Shown here: positions 1-9,773 of the stretch, in pieces
Layout: every line of letters starts with the position of its first letter
How positions within the stretch are numbered: position 1 is the first letter of the stretch
DNA from: Candidatus Micrarchaeota archaeon
Lineage (GTDB): Archaea > Micrarchaeota > Micrarchaeia > Anstonellales > Bilamarchaeaceae
Direction of reading: 5' to 3'
DNA: 64,000 nucleotides
Assembly: GCA_043821365.1 (NCBI GenBank)
Contig: JBDRCX010000002.1
Span: 32,001-96,000 of the forward strand
Program-made: the position numbers and the translations under genes
Notes under the pieces: generated by a model
Databases searched by the model: none
Seen by the model: the letters and a program-made list of their open reading frames with translations, nothing else
What the model was told of the DNA's origin: nothing

Positions 1-904
1 CTCCTTTTGGACCTGAAACAAGCAATCTTAGGTCATTTGCTATTCTTGAAAGTGTTACTGCGTAATTTCTATAGGCACTTGATAATGCCAACAGATCATT
101 CATATTTTGGGTTATTTCTATTCCATCTTTTGCCATTTCAATTTCTATTTTGCCTTCTTTTCTTATGTAATCTGTTACCATTTCTCTAAATTTTGGGTGA
201 GCAGTTATCCCACTTCCAATGGCTGTTCCACCCACGCCAATTTCTTTGATCATTTCCAATCCAGCCTTCATATTCTCTATATCTTTTTCTATTGCTCTTG
301 CGTAAGCATCAAAGACTTGCCCATAACTCATGGGAACTGCATCTTGTAAATGGGTTCTTCCTATTTTCAATGTTTTTTTGTATTTGGCTGCCTTGCTTTG
401 AAATGATTTTTTTAAGAGTTCTGCTTCATTAATTGTTTTTTTAGTGAGTCTTATTGCTGCTATTTTTACTGCTGACGGTATGACATTATTTGAACTTTGA
501 GACATGTTTACATGGTCATTTGGATGTACTAATTTGTACTCTCCCTTTTTACCACCAAGTATCTCCTCTGCTCTGTTTGCAATAACTTCATTGACATTCA
601 TGTGTAATGGAGTGCCAGCTCCAGCTTGAAAAGCATCCAGTACGAATTCATTATTGAATTTACCACTGATTACCTCGTCTGATGCCTTTGCTATGACGAG
701 GCCTTTTTTCTTATCCAGTCTGCCAAGTTCTGCATTTGCCAAGGCAGCACATTTTTTTATTAGTGCAACTGCTTTGATCAATTCAATGTGAACTTTTATC
801 TCACTTAGTTGGAAATTTTCCTTTGCTCTTGCAGTAAATGAGCCATAATATGCGTCTTCAGGAACATTTACTCTACCTAGAAAATCCTCCTCTGTTCTCA
901 TCAT
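1..904 (-). CDS. Aspartate ammonia-lyase / class II fumarate hydratase, 3' part beyond window start
   Basis: Not in ORF track; my translation reads MMRTEEDFLGRVNVPEDAYYG...MNVNEVIANRA...HPNDHVNMSQSSNN...GRTHLQDAVP...NDLRLLVSGPKG, which are fumarase/aspartase superfamily motifs. GGTGAG precedes the tandem ATGs at 904/901. aspA vs fumC not resolved. Confidence 0.9.
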   Translation of the reverse strand, partial: MMRTEEDFLGRVNVPEDAYYGSFTARAKENFQLSEIKVHIELIKAVALIKKCAALANAELGRLDKKKGLVIAKASDEVISGKFNNEFVLDAFQAGAGTPLHMNVNEVIANRAEEILGGKKGEYKLVHPNDHVNMSQSSNNVIPSAVKIAAIRLTKKTINEAELLKKSFQSKAAKYKKTLKIGRTHLQDAVPMSYGQVFDAYARAIEKDIENMKAGLEMIKEIGVGGTAIGSGITAHPKFREMVTDYIRKEGKIEIEMAKDGIEITQNMNDLLALSSAYRNYAVTLSRIANDLRLLVSGPKG

Positions 905-1530
905 CTCACCTTGTATGCTAAAAGCAACAAACCAAGCGCAACTGGACAAAATCCAGTTTCAGGTCGTGGTTGAACTGGTGGTTGATATGGAACTGTGTTA
1001 TTGGTTGGTGGTTGGTAAGGTGTCGTATTGTTTTGCGTTATGTTCTGACTAAGATTTTGTGAGATGTTTGTTTGTGCTGGCGGATCTTCAGGGATTGTAG
1101 GGGGTACAACTGGATCTTCAGGTGGGTCTGGTTCTTGTGGAGGTGCACCAAAACATTTCATATATGTAAACTCTATCTCTTGGCTTTGGTATCCTGTTGC
1201 ATCTGCCCTAAATATGAACAGTGCACTTAGGTAATCCATATTGCCAATTACATTTATGGTACTGATACCTCCATTATCTGTTGTTCCTGTTCCTAGAAGC
1301 TGATAACCATAATCAGTATAGAAAACATATGTTTTTGCATCTGCAATTGGTTCTTCATCTTCGTTTGTTATAAATGCAGTAAGCTGCTTGTTGGAACAAT
1401 CAACTGTAAGTTCGATTTCTAGTTCACCAAGATTAGGATCTCCTGTGTTTTTTGTATCTATGTAACTTGGTTTTACAGTAAATGCCATAGTCAAACTTAT
1501 CATCATCAAAAGAACAACATACAATTTCAT
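901..1530 (-). CDS. Exported/surface protein with Pro-rich stalk and C-terminal Cys-containing hydrophobic anchor
   Basis: N-terminal signal peptide, Cys-bounded beta domain, P/N/Q/T-rich linker, C-terminus GFCPVALGLLLLAYKVR. Confidence 0.65.
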   Translation of the reverse strand: MKLYVVLLMMISLTMAFTVKPSYIDTKNTGDPNLGELEIELTVDCSNKQLTAFITNEDEEPIADAKTYVFYTDYGYQLLGTGTTDNGGISTINVIGNMDYLSALFIFRADATGYQSQEIEFTYMKCFGAPPQEPDPPEDPVVPPTIPEDPPAQTNISQNLSQNITQNNTTPYQPPTNNTVPYQPPVQPRPETGFCPVALGLLLLAYKVR

Positions 1531-2249
1531 TTTACACCCTCCTCACTAGCATTTTTATCTGCAACTGGTTTCTTTCCCTTACGCCAGTATAATTTAGTAG
1601 AAGAAAAACCAGTAAAGTTTTTCTTACATACTTTAGTTTGCTTGACGTATTTAAAAATTATAAGCAATATCGCAATGAGTGCTATGACAGGTACCCACTC
1701 AACAACAGTGCTTGAACTTGTTTCAATATAACTTTGATTTTGGTAGGTGTTGTTGTAAGTATAGTTGTTAGAATAATTTTGGGTTGTTTGATTTTGGGTT
1801 TGGTTGTAACTAATTGGTGTAGTTGTTTGTTTTACATAAGTATTTTCTGCAGGTGTCCAGTTTGAATAGCATGGTGCGAGGTCAAATTGTACTGCCTTAT
1901 TTCTGTACCCGTTTTTCTCTATCAGAAGATTCCAACGGCTTCTCATATAACTGGTATTGCCCGGAAGTTGATGGAGTGCGGTGCCATTTTTAGGGGTTGT
2001 TATGCGGGATATTATCTGATTTGAATTTTCCAAATATTGTAAATAGGTTGTTGCATTTTCCACAGGCAGGTTGGTTCCATTCATCACAATAAGGTAAAGT
2101 TGCGCCTTTTCACAATCAACTGCAATGGAATATGTAAACTGTTCAAATATTATATCTCCGAGATCATCCTGGTCCCATACTCTGACCGCAACAAAAACAC
2201 TACTACTTAAGGATAGGAAAATAATAAAAAAAATTAAGATCTTTTTCAT
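1527..2249 (-). CDS. Exported membrane-anchored protein, paralog of 901..1530
   Basis: Signal peptide; aligns with neighbour (VDC..QL, N....P...A.TY..Y, GN..Y, GY, final C); N/Q/T/Y-rich linker, TM helix and basic tail. Confidence 0.65.
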   Translation of the reverse strand: MKKILIFFIIFLSLSSSVFVAVRVWDQDDLGDIIFEQFTYSIAVDCEKAQLYLIVMNGTNLPVENATTYLQYLENSNQIISRITTPKNGTALHQLPGNTSYMRSRWNLLIEKNGYRNKAVQFDLAPCYSNWTPAENTYVKQTTTPISYNQTQNQTTQNYSNNYTYNNTYQNQSYIETSSSTVVEWVPVIALIAILLIIFKYVKQTKVCKKNFTGFSSTKLYWRKGKKPVADKNASEEGVK

Positions 2250-3205
2250 TCCAATCCTTTTGCAATTTGTGCTAAGAGTGCTTCTAATTGTATTCTGTCA
2301 TTTGCTCCTTCTACTAGCCTAAAATTATATTCACCAATCATTTCAATTAGTCTCATTCTTTGTTTTTCTGGTACTTCAATTTTCCCAGCTTCCCTGTAAA
2401 TTTGATAAAGTATGTCTTCTCCACTTAATCCATAGGTTATGATGAGCTTATCCAGATTCTCTCTTGCTGTTTGGAATTTTCCTTCAATTGCGCAATGTAC
2501 CATGTCCTTGATCTCTTTTGGCATTGCTTTGCTGCTAGTTTTATGTACAAGTTCACTTGTTATGTGATTTGATTGCATTGCACATCCTTGCATTATGTTC
2601 AATGCTCTTCTCATATCCCCTTCAGAAACGTAAAAAATTGCTTCGTATGCCTTTTCATCAATCTTAATTTTCTCAGACTTTGCTACATGTTCCAATGTTT
2701 TGTGCATTTCTTTGTCATCCAGAGGTACAAATCTAAAAACTGCACATCTGCTTTGTATTGGCTCAATTATTCTTGATGAATAGTTTGCAGATATTATAAA
2801 TCTTGTAACTGATGAATTTGCTTCCATTGTTCTTCTGAGTGCCTGTTGTGCATCTGTAGTTAGTGCATCTCCTTCATCTAAAAATATTAATTTGAATGGT
2901 GCTTCTCTCAATGAAACAGAACGTGCAAAATCCTTTATTCTTCCTCTGACAACATCTATCCCTCTCTCATCACTGGCATTAAGTTCAAGGAAATTACCAG
3001 CCAATCCATCGGGGTATAATTCATGTGCAAGAGCAAGAGCGCATGTTGTTTTTCCAACACCTGGAGGTCCTGCAAAAAGCATACTCGGCATGTTCTTTGC
3101 TTTGACAAACGCCTTCAGACTTTCAACTATTCCTTTTTGTCCTGCAACATCATCTAGCTTTTTTGGCCTATATTTCTCTGTCCAAGGTAAAATGTCCAAT
3201 TCCAT
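2246..3205 (-). CDS. rfcS: Replication factor C small subunit
   Basis: PWTEKYRP, GPPGVGKT, ELNASDERG, DEGD, SRC motifs. Confidence 0.97.
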   Translation of the reverse strand: MELDILPWTEKYRPKKLDDVAGQKGIVESLKAFVKAKNMPSMLFAGPPGVGKTTCALALAHELYPDGLAGNFLELNASDERGIDVVRGRIKDFARSVSLREAPFKLIFLDEGDALTTDAQQALRRTMEANSSVTRFIISANYSSRIIEPIQSRCAVFRFVPLDDKEMHKTLEHVAKSEKIKIDEKAYEAIFYVSEGDMRRALNIMQGCAMQSNHITSELVHKTSSKAMPKEIKDMVHCAIEGKFQTARENLDKLIITYGLSGEDILYQIYREAGKIEVPEKQRMRLIEMIGEYNFRLVEGANDRIQLEALLAQIAKGLE

Positions 3206-3256
3206 TAATTTAGTTCCATCGTCAATCTATATAAATTTTCGCAGTAAGATCAGTTC

Positions 3257-3943
3257 ATGGATCGCGTTAAAACAGGTATTTCAGGATTGGATGAGATGTT
3301 AAACGGTGGTATCCCCTCAGGGAGACACGTTGCAATCTATGGTGGACCAGGTTCTGGTAAAACTTCATTCTGTTTTGAATTTTTATATCGTGGAGCAAAA
3401 CTTGGTGAAAATGGTCTTTATATTTCCTTAGAAGAAACTCCAGAAGATCTGTCAGATAATATGAAAAGTACATTTCCACTCTTTACTGATTGTGAACAAC
3501 TTGTGGCCGACAAAAAAATAGAACTTGTTAAACCAAACCAGCTTGATCTTGAGAATGTTGCAAACCTTCTTGAGGATAGAATAACTTCAAATAATATCAA
3601 AAGGGCTGCAATTGATTCTGCAACCATGATCAAATTGGCATTTCAGAGTGATACAGAATACAGACAAACTCTTTTTGAATTTCTGTCTCTTCTAAGAAAC
3701 CTTGATGTTACAACTGTCACAACTCTTGAAGCAAGCAGTGCAAGAAAAGATGATATGAAGTTTGATATTGAGCATTTTGTTATGGATGGTATAATCAACC
3801 TTTATAACCTAGATAAGGAAGACCGCAGGGTAAGGGCACTTGAAATAATGAAAATGCGTGGCACCGATCATTCTCGTGATATGGTACCATTTAAAGTAAC
3901 TCCATCTGGTATCAAAGTTTACATTGGCGAAAAGGTATTTTAG
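3257..3943 (+). CDS. KaiC/RAD55-like RecA-superfamily ATPase
   Basis: RVKTGISGLDEMLNGG, Walker A GGPGSGKT, KMRGTDHS. Confidence 0.9.
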   Translation: MDRVKTGISGLDEMLNGGIPSGRHVAIYGGPGSGKTSFCFEFLYRGAKLGENGLYISLEETPEDLSDNMKSTFPLFTDCEQLVADKKIELVKPNQLDLENVANLLEDRITSNNIKRAAIDSATMIKLAFQSDTEYRQTLFEFLSLLRNLDVTTVTTLEASSARKDDMKFDIEHFVMDGIINLYNLDKEDRRVRALEIMKMRGTDHSRDMVPFKVTPSGIKVYIGEKVF

Positions 3944-4438
3944 TTATCTTCTACCAACTTTAAATCTCACACCAAAGGCAGTCCCAAGGTGTGGGTTTAT
4001 TGGTTCTATTTTAAATGCTGGTCTTGGTGTGAGTCTAAAATCAGTTGTGCCAAGAGGTCCACTACCCCTAATATTCGGAATTGGTTGGCTTGCCATAACT
4101 CTTGGTCTTACAAGTCCTTCAGTGCCATTATGATGATCTTTTTTTGAGCGTTTTGTTCTTCCATTTGTACTATCATCTTCGATCTCAGGTGTTTTTTTCT
4201 CTTTATTTATTGGGTGTCCAAATCTATCTGCAAGCTTTTCAAGCAATTGTTTATGTTCTGATTCTCTTATCTGGCCAGTTGCCAATGCATTCTCAATCAT
4301 TGTGCGAAGTTTTCCCTCACCACAACCACTATTGATTACTCGATTCAACAGTCTTTTGAAAACAACAGTTGGTTCCAAAAGATGGGCGTACTTGTTAGCT
4401 CTTCCTGTTTCTGGTTGTTCTGGTGTTGTGTTGCTCAT
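3944..4438 (-). CDS. Hypothetical protein
   Basis: 164-aa ORF filling the gap, no recognised motif. Confidence 0.55.
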   Translation of the reverse strand: MSNTTPEQPETGRANKYAHLLEPTVVFKRLLNRVINSGCGEGKLRTMIENALATGQIRESEHKQLLEKLADRFGHPINKEKKTPEIEDDSTNGRTKRSKKDHHNGTEGLVRPRVMASQPIPNIRGSGPLGTTDFRLTPRPAFKIEPINPHLGTAFGVRFKVGRR

Positions 4439-4587
4439 AGTTCCATTCTATGGTTGTTATATTTTTAAATAAGTGTTTTGTTTTTGTGTGACACCAGCTT
4501 ATAAATGCTTTTCGGGACAATCTATCTCTGCTAATTTGTGCCTTAGATAGAAAGATAACCTATCCGTATGGCTTAAGAGGGTTTTTG

Positions 4588-7413
4588 ATGTATGATCATA
4601 GGAAAGTAGAGAAAGAAGTATTGGAATTTTGGGAAAAAGAAAAAATATATGAAAAGGCAAAAGCCAAAAATAAAGGTAGTGAAACTTTTTATTTTTGCGA
4701 TGGCCCTCCTTATGCAACTGGTCAAATTCATCCCGGTACTGGATGGAATAAAACAATAAAAGATGCTGTTTGTCGCTATCATAGGATCATAGGAAAAGAT
4801 GTGAGAGTACAAGCTGGATACGATACTCATGGATTACCAATTGAAGTAAAAGTTGAACAAGAACTTAAGTTCAAACATAAAAGTGATATAGAAAAATACG
4901 GAATTGGTAAATTTGTTGATAGATGCAAAGAGTTTGCTACAAAATATATTGGAGTTATGGGCAACCAATTCAAATCCTTAGGGGTTTGGATGGATTTTGA
5001 TAATCCATATATTACCTACACAGACAGTTATATCGAATCCTCATGGAGAAACCTCCAATTAGCTAATGAAAGAAATCTTCTTCACGAAGGTGTCTATGTT
5101 CTCCCATACTGCTATAGATGTGAGACCACAATGGCCAACTATGAGTTGGAATACGCTGATGAATCTGATCCAAGTATTTTTGTGAAATTCAAACTTAAAA
5201 ACAAAGAAAATGAATATTTGATAGTTTGGACAACAACTCCATGGACATTAGTCTCAAACATGGGAGTTATGGTACATCCGACCTTTGCATATGTTCGCAT
5301 AAAAGTTGGCGAAGAAATATGGGTAATTGCAAAAGAAAGATTAGACTACCTTATGGAATTACTTGGAGAGAGTGCAACTGTTGTCGAGGAACTTCCTGGA
5401 AGAAAATTAAAAGATTTAGAATATGATCATCCATTTCAAGACAAAATACACAAACATGCAGATAGAAAAGTTGTTTTGAGTGATGAATTTGTTACTCTTG
5501 AAGAAGGTACTGGTTTAGTACACACTGCACCAGGACATGGTCCTGCGGATTTTATTATTGGTAAAAGATATGGTATAGAAATATTCTCACCTGTTGATGA
5601 AAAAGGTAATTATACTGATGATGCCGGTGTATTCCATAAGAAGAATGTTAGAGAATCTAATCCCCTGATTATAGATGTTCTTAAGGAAAAAAATGTTCTT
5701 GTTTACGAAGCACGAATAAAACATAGATATCCCCACTGTTGGAGATGCAAAACACCACTTATTTTCCTTACAACAAAACAATGGTTCATTACAATATCTA
5801 AGATCAAAGACCAAATGCTTAATGAGATTGAGAAAACCGAGTGGCATCCTTCATTTGCAAAAGACCGATTCAAGGAGTTTGTTTCAAATGCACCAGACTG
5901 GTGCATCTCTCGTCAAAGATATTGGGGCATTCCACTTCCAATTTGGAGGTGTGAATGTGGAAAGATAAAAGTTATTGGTTCAATGAAAGAAATCCCAAAA
6001 GTAAAGGAACTCCACCGGCCATATATTGACGAAATAGAGCTTGATTGCGAGTGCAGTAAAAAAATGAAAAGAGTTCCAGATGTTCTTGATGTTTGGTTTG
6101 ATTCTGGTAATGCAATTTGGGCGTCTTTAACACCTGAAGAAGCAAAAATTTATTCAGAAAGAGCAGATTTGATTATAGAGGGCCAGGACCAGATTAGAGG
6201 TTGGTTTTATTCTTTACTTGGTTCTGGTGTTGTTCGATATGGTGCATGCCCATACAAAAAATTGCTTATGCATGGCTTCTTTGTAGATGAAAAAGGAGAA
6301 AAAATGAGCAAATCATTAGGAAATTTCATTCCTTTGGAAGAAATTCTTGACAAATATGGTGCAGACAGCTTTAGGCTTTGGGGTATTAGCAACACAATAT
6401 GGGATGAACTTAAGTTTAGCTGGGAAGAAATGAAAAAAGCAACCAGCGATCTTAATATTGTTCTCAATATGGTTGTTTTCCTTGAGAGATTCCATCCAAA
6501 GAAAAAAATAGAAAAAGCAAAACTAACAAAAATAGATGAATGGGCCTTAAGCAGATTAAATTCAACTATTAGAGATTTCAGAGCATCATTTGAATCCTAT
6601 GAATTAAATCGAGCTTCAAAAATAATCAGGGCATTCATAGTCGATGACATTAGTAGATTCTACATGAAAATTGCCAAAGATAGGATTTCAAATGAAGAAA
6701 ACCACGAAGCTGCGTTATCTACTTTATACCACATAATGCTTGAATCATTGAAGATGATCAGCTGCCTAAGTCCAATGCTCAGTGAGCATCTTTATCAAAG
6801 ATTCTATAGGAAATTTGAGGATGAAGAATCAATTTTCCTTCTGCGTTTGTCTTCAGAAGATAGTGGAAAAATAAATCAATTATATGAAAAGCAGATGGAG
6901 ACGGTAAAGGAAGTTGTTTCTGTTGCTTTGTTGGCAAGACAGACTGCAGGGATAAAAGTGCGCTGGCCAATTCAAACACTTTACATTGAAACAAAATCCC
7001 ATGAAGTGAAAGATGCATCGGGTGCATTTACAGACATAATCCAAAGTCTGATCAATGTGAAAGAACTCAAGGTTGTAGAAGAAAAACCAAAAGCAGATCT
7101 TGCATCTCAAGAATTCACCAATGGTTCTGTTCATATCGACAAGAAAATAGGCGAAGAACTTTACGAAGAGGGTCTGTTGAATGAGGTTAAAAGAAGAGTT
7201 CAGATGCTTCGTAAAGAAGAAAAACTTGTTGAAAAAGATAAAATCACACTAACAATCAACACTGAGAATGAATTTGAAGCAATTCTTAAAAAACATAAAA
7301 AAGAACTCTCAGAAGCAGTTAATGCGTCTCATGTGCATTATTCAGTTGAATCAAAAATGAATGAGTATACTATAGACGGAAGATTAGTGAAAATAGTAAT
7401 AAAAAAGGATTAA
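4588..7413 (+). CDS. ileS: Isoleucyl-tRNA synthetase (archaeal type)
   Basis: DGPPYATG, WTTTPWTL, GTGLVHTAPGHG, WCISRQRYWG, KMSKS; ATG at 4588. Confidence 0.96.
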   Translation: MYDHRKVEKEVLEFWEKEKIYEKAKAKNKGSETFYFCDGPPYATGQIHPGTGWNKTIKDAVCRYHRIIGKDVRVQAGYDTHGLPIEVKVEQELKFKHKSDIEKYGIGKFVDRCKEFATKYIGVMGNQFKSLGVWMDFDNPYITYTDSYIESSWRNLQLANERNLLHEGVYVLPYCYRCETTMANYELEYADESDPSIFVKFKLKNKENEYLIVWTTTPWTLVSNMGVMVHPTFAYVRIKVGEEIWVIAKERLDYLMELLGESATVVEELPGRKLKDLEYDHPFQDKIHKHADRKVVLSDEFVTLEEGTGLVHTAPGHGPADFIIGKRYGIEIFSPVDEKGNYTDDAGVFHKKNVRESNPLIIDVLKEKNVLVYEARIKHRYPHCWRCKTPLIFLTTKQWFITISKIKDQMLNEIEKTEWHPSFAKDRFKEFVSNAPDWCISRQRYWGIPLPIWRCECGKIKVIGSMKEIPKVKELHRPYIDEIELDCECSKKMKRVPDVLDVWFDSGNAIWASLTPEEAKIYSERADLIIEGQDQIRGWFYSLLGSGVVRYGACPYKKLLMHGFFVDEKGEKMSKSLGNFIPLEEILDKYGADSFRLWGISNTIWDELKFSWEEMKKATSDLNIVLNMVVFLERFHPKKKIEKAKLTKIDEWALSRLNSTIRDFRASFESYELNRASKIIRAFIVDDISRFYMKIAKDRISNEENHEAALSTLYHIMLESLKMISCLSPMLSEHLYQRFYRKFEDEESIFLLRLSSEDSGKINQLYEKQMETVKEVVSVALLARQTAGIKVRWPIQTLYIETKSHEVKDASGAFTDIIQSLINVKELKVVEEKPKADLASQEFTNGSVHIDKKIGEELYEEGLLNEVKRRVQMLRKEEKLVEKDKITLTINTENEFEAILKKHKKELSEAVNASHVHYSVESKMNEYTIDGRLVKIVIKKD

Positions 7414-7415
7414 AT

Positions 7416-7892
7416 ATGAAAGCATTAGTTGTGTTTTATTCCAGGACAGGTACAACTAGGAAAGTTGCCAATTTAATCAAGAGTATTCTGAAATGTGATA
7501 GTGAAGAAATTCATGACATTACTAGTAGGAAAGGCATTGTCGGGTATATACTTGGAGGCAGAGATGCACTGTTCAAATTGTTTACTTCTATCAAAAATGT
7601 GAAAAAAAATCCATCTGATTATGATTTAGTAATTATAGGAACTCCAATTTGGTCTTTCACACTTACTCCTGCTATTCGTTCGTATATTAATGGCCATAAA
7701 TCCAGTTTCAAAAAAGTTGCATTTTTCTGTACCGAAGGAGATAGTGGCGGTCAAAATGCATTCAAAGAGATGGAAAAATTGTCTAAATTAAAACCCATAG
7801 CAACTCTAGAGCTTAAAGAAGATAGAATAAAAAAAGAAAAATACGAAAATCATGTCAAAAAATTCGTACAAACTCTCATTTCTTATTCTTGA
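7416..7892 (+). CDS. Flavodoxin-family protein
   Basis: VVFYSRTGTT FMN-binding loop, IGTPIW, VAFFCT. Confidence 0.85.
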   Translation: MKALVVFYSRTGTTRKVANLIKSILKCDSEEIHDITSRKGIVGYILGGRDALFKLFTSIKNVKKNPSDYDLVIIGTPIWSFTLTPAIRSYINGHKSSFKKVAFFCTEGDSGGQNAFKEMEKLSKLKPIATLELKEDRIKKEKYENHVKKFVQTLISYS

Positions 7893-7940
7893 ATTCAGTT
7901 CAGTATATTTATAAATAGTTGTGTGAATAAGTATATATCT

Positions 7941-9026
7941 ATGGTACATCGAACTGACTTCATCACTAATACTAGCCGTGCTTTAAATGATTATGCAAGT
8001 CGATCAGGTCTAAGGTTTAGGACTCCTATGCATGAAGGTTTAGAAAAATTTAGACGTCGTTTTGCTGATGCATTTGAAAAGATTGAAGAAAGACGTGATG
8101 GAGATTCAATCTATCAAAGTATGCTTCCTCTTCCTGATAGAAATGCAAAAATAACTACTGTAGAGGGAGATTCAGTTCATCTTTTAGTATCTAAGTTATT
8201 TCGTTCAAAAGACCAAGGTAGGTTAGGAGTTCTCATGTACCTGCTTAGAGAAGATAGTGTGAGAATATTCCTGATTTATCAAAGTCAAAGCCATTCAATG
8301 TGGAGAGTTGCACCTTCTGGTCATGAAGGTTGGTTTGGCAAGACAAACGATGAAAACCAGCTTAATCTTCCATGGACTTTTCAACGTATTTTGGACAGCC
8401 ACGCCTTAGATAGTCAAACTCGTCCAGAGTTAATCCATCCAAATCTTTTCAATTATCTTATTCTTCAACCAGCACTTTATGCCTTTTATGATGAAATGTG
8501 CAAAACAGTTCTTTTGGGGGTTGATGATCTAGAAACAACTCCTGTTCAATCAGGTGCAGCAATTGACATAAGAAGAGGAACTGTTAGCGATGTTCTTGAG
8601 TGGCCCACCCAAGGTTGTATCAAAAGAGCATGCTTTGATTCTTTAGATAGGGAAATCAGATATCATTTTGTTGTTTCGCCATATGGTTTTGGTATGTCAT
8701 CTGCAGAAGAACGTGTTTCTTTTAATAAATATGGTCTTCGTCCAATGCCAAAATCAATACTTCCACTTGTACGTCCATTTACTGATTATTATGAACAAAT
8801 AGATTATGCATTTGCTCCAGTTAATAGTCATTATGCATTACGGGATCCTGTTCGTATTTTAGCTGATCTTGCTCAAAAAATTGATGGCATCCAAATAGTT
8901 CCAAAAGAAGTGCTTCATTTTCTAAACTCTCTAAGAAAAGCTCTGATGGGTGAATGTGTAGATCTACCAAAAATAGATGAAAAAATATCTGCAAGATGGA
9001 GCGAAGCAGTTAGTTTGCACTCTTAA
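7941..9026 (+). CDS. Hypothetical protein
   Basis: Long ORF; ATG at 7941 lies 32 nt after TTATAAAT (7909). Confidence 0.65.
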   Translation: MVHRTDFITNTSRALNDYASRSGLRFRTPMHEGLEKFRRRFADAFEKIEERRDGDSIYQSMLPLPDRNAKITTVEGDSVHLLVSKLFRSKDQGRLGVLMYLLREDSVRIFLIYQSQSHSMWRVAPSGHEGWFGKTNDENQLNLPWTFQRILDSHALDSQTRPELIHPNLFNYLILQPALYAFYDEMCKTVLLGVDDLETTPVQSGAAIDIRRGTVSDVLEWPTQGCIKRACFDSLDREIRYHFVVSPYGFGMSSAEERVSFNKYGLRPMPKSILPLVRPFTDYYEQIDYAFAPVNSHYALRDPVRILADLAQKIDGIQIVPKEVLHFLNSLRKALMGECVDLPKIDEKISARWSEAVSLHS

Positions 9027-9198
9027 ATCTGCTTCTTTTGCTTATACTACTCCAACATCCTTTGCAAATGTATCTATGATCTATCTTCTTTCTTTTTTGA
9101 CTTTTTATGCATCCATTGCAAATATTTCTGTTACAGTAGTCGCATTCTTGAAGTTTGGCTGTTTGTAAGCCGCATCTTCCACATGTTTCAATAGCCAT
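9010..9198 (-). CDS. Small Cys-rich zinc-finger protein
   Basis: Four CxxC pairs (CGRC, CDYC, CNGC, CKGC) in about 62 aa. Confidence 0.7.
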   Translation of the reverse strand: MAIETCGRCGLQTAKLQECDYCNRNICNGCIKSQKRKKIDHRYICKGCWSSISKRSRFKSAN

Positions 9199-9278
9199 TA
9201 ATTTCACTCTCTTAAGAAAATTTGTAAGAAAACTTAATATGGAAACCTATTTAATAGGTATTCTGGCAATGTTTTTCC

Positions 9279-9773
9279 ATGAAAGGGCAGTCTGGGGTGG
9301 AATACCTAACAACTTACGGATGGGCAATTTTTGTATTGCTTTTAATCATAGGGATAATCGTTTCAAGTGGTGTTTTAACTCCTAATTATCTTATTTCAGA
9401 GGAGTGTACATTTGGAAACAATCTTAAATGCAATTTCCTACTCACAAATTCTCCTTCAACTGGACAAAGTGAAATGAAAATCCAATTATTCAATGGTTTC
9501 CCCTACAAGGTTACAATAGATAAAATTGAACTTGAAACAGAAGACGGAGCCCAACAGTTTAGTGGATTTTTACCTGCTAATGTTAATATCTCCAGTGGAG
9601 ATTCAGAAATTTTCACTGGAATCTTGATTGATGCTCCAGTTCCAGAAGGTATGACAAAAAGGTTTAAGGGCAATATAACTTACTATTCTTGCGCACCTGA
9701 ACTTGGTCCTGTTTGTAGTAATGTTTCTCATGTAATAACTGGAAGGATTGCTGCACGGGTTACTCCACAGTAA
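9279..9773 (+). CDS. Class III signal peptide (archaeal type IV pilin-like) protein
   Basis: MKGQ/SGVEYLTTYGWAIFVLLLIIGII: basic-G-Q cleavage site, Glu at +5, hydrophobic helix. Confidence 0.85.
   Translation: MKGQSGVEYLTTYGWAIFVLLLIIGIIVSSGVLTPNYLISEECTFGNNLKCNFLLTNSPSTGQSEMKIQLFNGFPYKVTIDKIELETEDGAQQFSGFLPANVNISSGDSEIFTGILIDAPVPEGMTKRFKGNITYYSCAPELGPVCSNVSHVITGRIAARVTPQ

Noticed and set aside
4499-4587. TCTATCT/AGATAGA stem and tiny ORFs upstream of ileS as a possible Ile-sensing leader
   Set aside because: Only a 7-bp AT-rich stem; no Ile-enriched uORF at the expected distance from the TATA
4711-4760. IleRS HIGH motif reading HPGT
   Set aside because: HxGT variants are usual in archaeal IleRS
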